Origin: the human T2T-CHM13v2.0 reference genome, Homo sapiens
DNA: 64,000 bases
Reading direction: 5' to 3' (one strand)
NCBI RefSeq assembly: GCF_009914755.1
Contig: NC_060937.1
Within the stretch, counting starts at the first letter, position 1. Each line of letters begins with the position of its first letter. A program made the translations under genes and the position numbers. The notes beneath the pieces are model-generated. The model was not told the DNA's origin and made no database searches. It saw only the letters and a list, made by a program, of their open reading frames with translations. Positions 60,110 through 64,000 of the stretch are shown here, piece by piece.

Positions 60110-60560
60110 AGTGAACATATACCAGGCACTACTACAGAACTTGGGTCTGAAACAACGAACAATCAATAAGACAGTCCTTAACGACATTCATATTCCAATG
60201 GGAAAAACAGAAAATAAATAAACAAATATATAATCTCAGGTGGTGGCAAGTAACACCAAAAACAAACCAGGGTAGAGAAATAGAAAATGATTTAGATTGA
60301 ATGCCAGATGAGCAAGAAAGGACTTTCTACGGAAGTTATATTTGACCAGGACTTGAATTAGGCAGTAGTTGAAACAAATAAACTGGGAAGAACAGAACGC
60401 CCAGTGTAAAGGCCTAGGCCTGGAGTGTGCTAAGTGTATTTGAAGAGTAACAAAGATGCCAGAGTGGTCATTATTGAGAATGCAAGGGAGAGACTAGCAA
60501 GAAAGCATATTACATGTGTAGCACTGGGCCTTTGGACAGAAGTAAGAACTCTGCAGGGTT
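60110..60560 (-). mobile_element. L2 fragment (further pieces at ~61700-62330)
   Basis: ACCAGGCACTACTAC..purine-rich antisense L2 (GGGAAGAACAGAAC..AAAGGCC..GAAGAGTAACAAAGATGCCAG). Confidence 0.65.
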
Positions 60561-60579
60561 ATTTTTTGGTGTATAAGGC

Positions 60580-60950
60580 AAAAAATATGTGAAATAAAAT
60601 TTACAAATTTTAAGTGTAAAGTTCAGTGATTTTCAGTATATTCACATTGCTGTGGAACAGACCTCCAGAATTTTTTTATTTTGCAAAACTGAAACTCTAT
60701 ACTCACTTAACAACAACTCCCATTTACCCCTCTCTCTAGGTCCTGGTAACCATCATTCTGCTTTCTGTCTTGATGAACTTGACTGGTGTATATACACAGA
60801 AGTGGAATCATATAGTATGCATCTATTTATGACTGGCTTAATGCACGTACAACACGTCCATGTTGTAGCACGTGCCATGATTTCCTTCTTCTTTTAGGAT
60901 GAATGATATTCTAGTGTGTGTGTGTGTATCACATTTTGTTTAATTTTTCA
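60580..60950 (-). mobile_element. L1MB-type 3' UTR fragment
   Basis: TTTTAAGTGTAAAGTTCAGTG..CCTGGTAACCATCATTCTGCTTTCTGTCT..AAGTGGAATCATATAGTAT. Confidence 0.75.
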
Positions 60951-63220
60951 CTGAAATGAAATCTTACAATTTGTTGACTCCTGTTTTGTATCACACTTTA
61001 AATCCATTTATATTTTTGCAGGCATTTTATAACTTCTTTTTGTAAATATTACTCTCTAGAAATTTTTCTTTTTTGTATTAAACTTCACTGTTCTTTTTTC
61101 TCCCTTCTAAAACAACCGCTATTTGTTCTAATCTTGCTTCTATCACTGTTGCTGCATGGCTTCCTCATTATATTCAGTCTTATTACTGGCATTCATCACA
61201 GCTAAAGTAAATTAGTATTTGTAAAGGTATTTCTTTTATACCTTTCTTATCCAACTAACAGCCAGCACAAAATAGGCCTTAGAAGAGGCATCTCTCACAA
61301 ACACACACACACGACTACTGGGAATCTATGTTCTTTTGCAGTTTTATCTAATTTATAGCCGTCTATCTGAGTTATAGTACAAATTCTTTTCTCCTCATAA
61401 AGGCTCAGTTATCTAAAGAGAGAAAAAACGCTTTTTAGGGCAAAAGCAGTATCACTAGGAATACCAATTAAAATGCAAATTAGCAACACAGAATAGAATA
61501 TACATCATTTTATAAATAAAGTAATATAAAAGGCAAACCTATAAGCAGCAAAGAACTGTGCTGATGTATTAAATACTATCATCACTGATAGTGCCATAAT
61601 GAAGATACACACATTTATGCCAGATAAAATTTAAAAAAATTTAGAACAGAGGATTAAAAAGTTCACATGAATAAAATGATATTAAAGCATGTATTCAATT
61701 TTTGATGGGTAGGGTTGGGAGGAAGGGCATTCTAGGTAGAGGAACAGCCTAAGCAAAGGCAGGAGATGGAAGGCAGACATACAGACCCAAATTCTAATGA
61801 AATATATTAAAGCATACATCAATTAAGTGTTCTGTAGGGAAACGGTGGGGAAAATAGTGTTCATGCTGTCTGATATGTCAAGCTAGGGTGTTCGTATCTG
61901 ATTCAGTAGACAGGCAGTGGGAAGATGTGGAAAGGTTTTGAGAAGATGAATAATACAATCTGAACTTTCCTCTGTGAAGAATGATCTTGTAACAGTGGCA
62001 GATTTCAGGGACACAATGCCTACAGACTATGAAATCAGGCGAATGGTTATTTCAATTATCCTTAGTGCAGATAACAAAATGTAAAATGTGGCAAGTAGCA
62101 ATGAGGATGAACAGTGAAGAAGGGATGGAAAGGAAATATATTTTAGAGGTATACTTAACCGCACTGGGTGGTTGGGTGACTATGAGGAATTGAGGAAAGG
62201 AATGGTGCTAGAAGATTCTAGGGGCTGCAGAGCATAGCAGACACACACCATTAGGAGTTGGGAGGAATGGAGCCAGTTGGGAAGAAAGTATCATGAATTT
62301 GATTTTCAACTTGTAATGATAACTTGTGGGTCTACATAAGTCATAGAGGACAAGCGAAACCTATGGGAAATCATTATGGTGGATTGATAGGTACGTGGCT
62401 TTAACTAATGTTTGGATAAGGGTGGGGTTTGGAGATATACAGTAGTGGCTACAGAAGGTACAAAATAATAATAAAAATGTATTAAGCATTTACTAGTTAT
62501 GAGGAAGTAGGCAAACTATTCTATGCAATTTTTTTTTTAAGAAAAAACATCTTTCACAACAGTTCCATGACGTAGTCACTATTGGCTCAATTTTCTTGAA
62601 AAAGAAGCAGACATATTAAATAACTTACCAAACATACACAGCTGGTAGGTGCCAGAACTTGTCAGGAGCCTGTTCATCTGACTGCGGAGGTCACTTAGAT
62701 TAGTGGCCAATATCCCGCTTTTCCTTTAGCACTATTTCTTTCTATCCTGGTCTGTTTTGGTAATAATGCAGTTTTTGAAATTATATTCTTTTTGATGCTG
62801 AGAAACAACTTGCGGTATGCAAAGCTCTAAATACCCAGAACTAATAAAATTACATTGATCTGTAGCACATCAAATTCACAATCCAAAGCAATTCCAGATA
62901 CTTTTTCCAATTTAGCAGTAATTAGGTCTAGGGAGGCTCAAGAGTCCTGTGTTCTCAGTATTTCTAGAAGATGATGCTTGCACTCCTATGCTTCAAATTA
63001 TATTTTGAAGATTGTTTTTATTACCATCCCAGGAAAGAGGCAATATAACCTTGTTTCCCCTGTATTATTCTAACCAGAATAAACCTGGATTTACTTAAAG
63101 AAAACCAAACCAACAACTACCCAAATACTTACTTCATACCAGAATTTTTTTTTGTTTCTAGGCATAAAAATGATGGTTGCTAAGAGATCCAAAGAGGTGA
63201 AAAGCAAAACGAGACAAGGG

Positions 63221-63290
63221 AGATTGAAATAATATTTGTCTGGTGACTCAGAACAAGATTGAAATAATATTTGTCTGGTGATTCAGAACA
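63221..63290. repeat. 35-bp tandem duplication
   Basis: AGATTGAAATAATATTTGTCTGGTGA(C/T)TCAGAACA twice, one mismatch. Confidence 0.93.
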
Positions 63291-64000
63291 ATACACGGTT
63301 GCTTTTGCTTTCTTCTTTCCTCTTTTTTAAAATGAACTAGTGATATTTTCTAAACTTCTGAGTGAATATAAATACCACCCTTGTGCTACTGACCTACTAA
63401 TGTCCTCTGGATATTTCTAACTGAAAAAAGACAGTCAAAACATTAAATTTTAAATACTTCCAATATTAGAAGAAATTATCTTTCTTTCTTTCTTTTTTTT
63501 TTTTTTTTTTTGAGATGGAAAACTGTCACTTGGAAAGAGTGCTTTGGTGTTACCACTGGAAACCTCCCCATAGGGATGACTGATGAAGGCAAATGATGAA
63601 ACTGTTAAAAATATAATTCTATTTGGGGATTGGCACATGTTGGGTGTGACAATTACTGAGTTGACTTCCAAGCATGTACAGCATCTAGTAACTATGACTT
63701 AGTAAGATAATAAACTTTTATTAGTACTTACAGTTTGGGGAAAATTGTAATCAACTCCTTTTGAATGCACACTATTGTTAAGGTCTCACATGCAAGCTGG
63801 ATGGGGACCTACAAGGGCCTTGACTCTTACTCAATCTGATGGCATCATTTAGCTTGAATTCTTTTTTTTTTTCTTTGCTATTTACAAACAAGTGATTAGG
63901 TCAAATAATTACTTTTATCAGATTCAAAGCATGAGGAAATCAAACCATTTGTCTAAGATATCATTGGGTCAAGCTTTTCTTCAAATCAAGAAAGGAGTTA

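Overview
AT-rich primate (very probably human) intronic or intergenic DNA dominated by transposable elements. I find no supportable host protein-coding exon, RNA gene or CpG island; nearly all long ORFs in the track are L1 ORF1/ORF2 remnants, Alu/LTR reading frames or their antisense shadows. Main contents: a TSD-flanked full-length old L1MA-type element (143-8142) carrying a nested inverted L1 and an Alu; two TSD-flanked 5'-inverted (twin-primed) L1PA insertions (9414-13674, 37507-39184); a TSD-flanked L1PB element (41471-46376); a near-complete MLT1A MaLR provirus with a nested THE1-type LTR; solo LTRs (MLT2, MST, MER50-like, LTR16-like); eight Alu-family copies; and L2, L3, MIR and DNA-transposon relics. 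The most notable unexplained segment is a ~1.9-kb island (46650-48595) between AT-rich simple repeats. By eye it keeps degenerate non-LTR (L2/CR1-clade) reverse-transcriptase motifs in the right order, but its composition differs from the ordinary L2 relics in this window. Subfamily names come from recalled consensus sequences, not a database search, and boundaries without TSDs are approximate. I cannot support a claim of a new biological system; the findings are testable structural leads.
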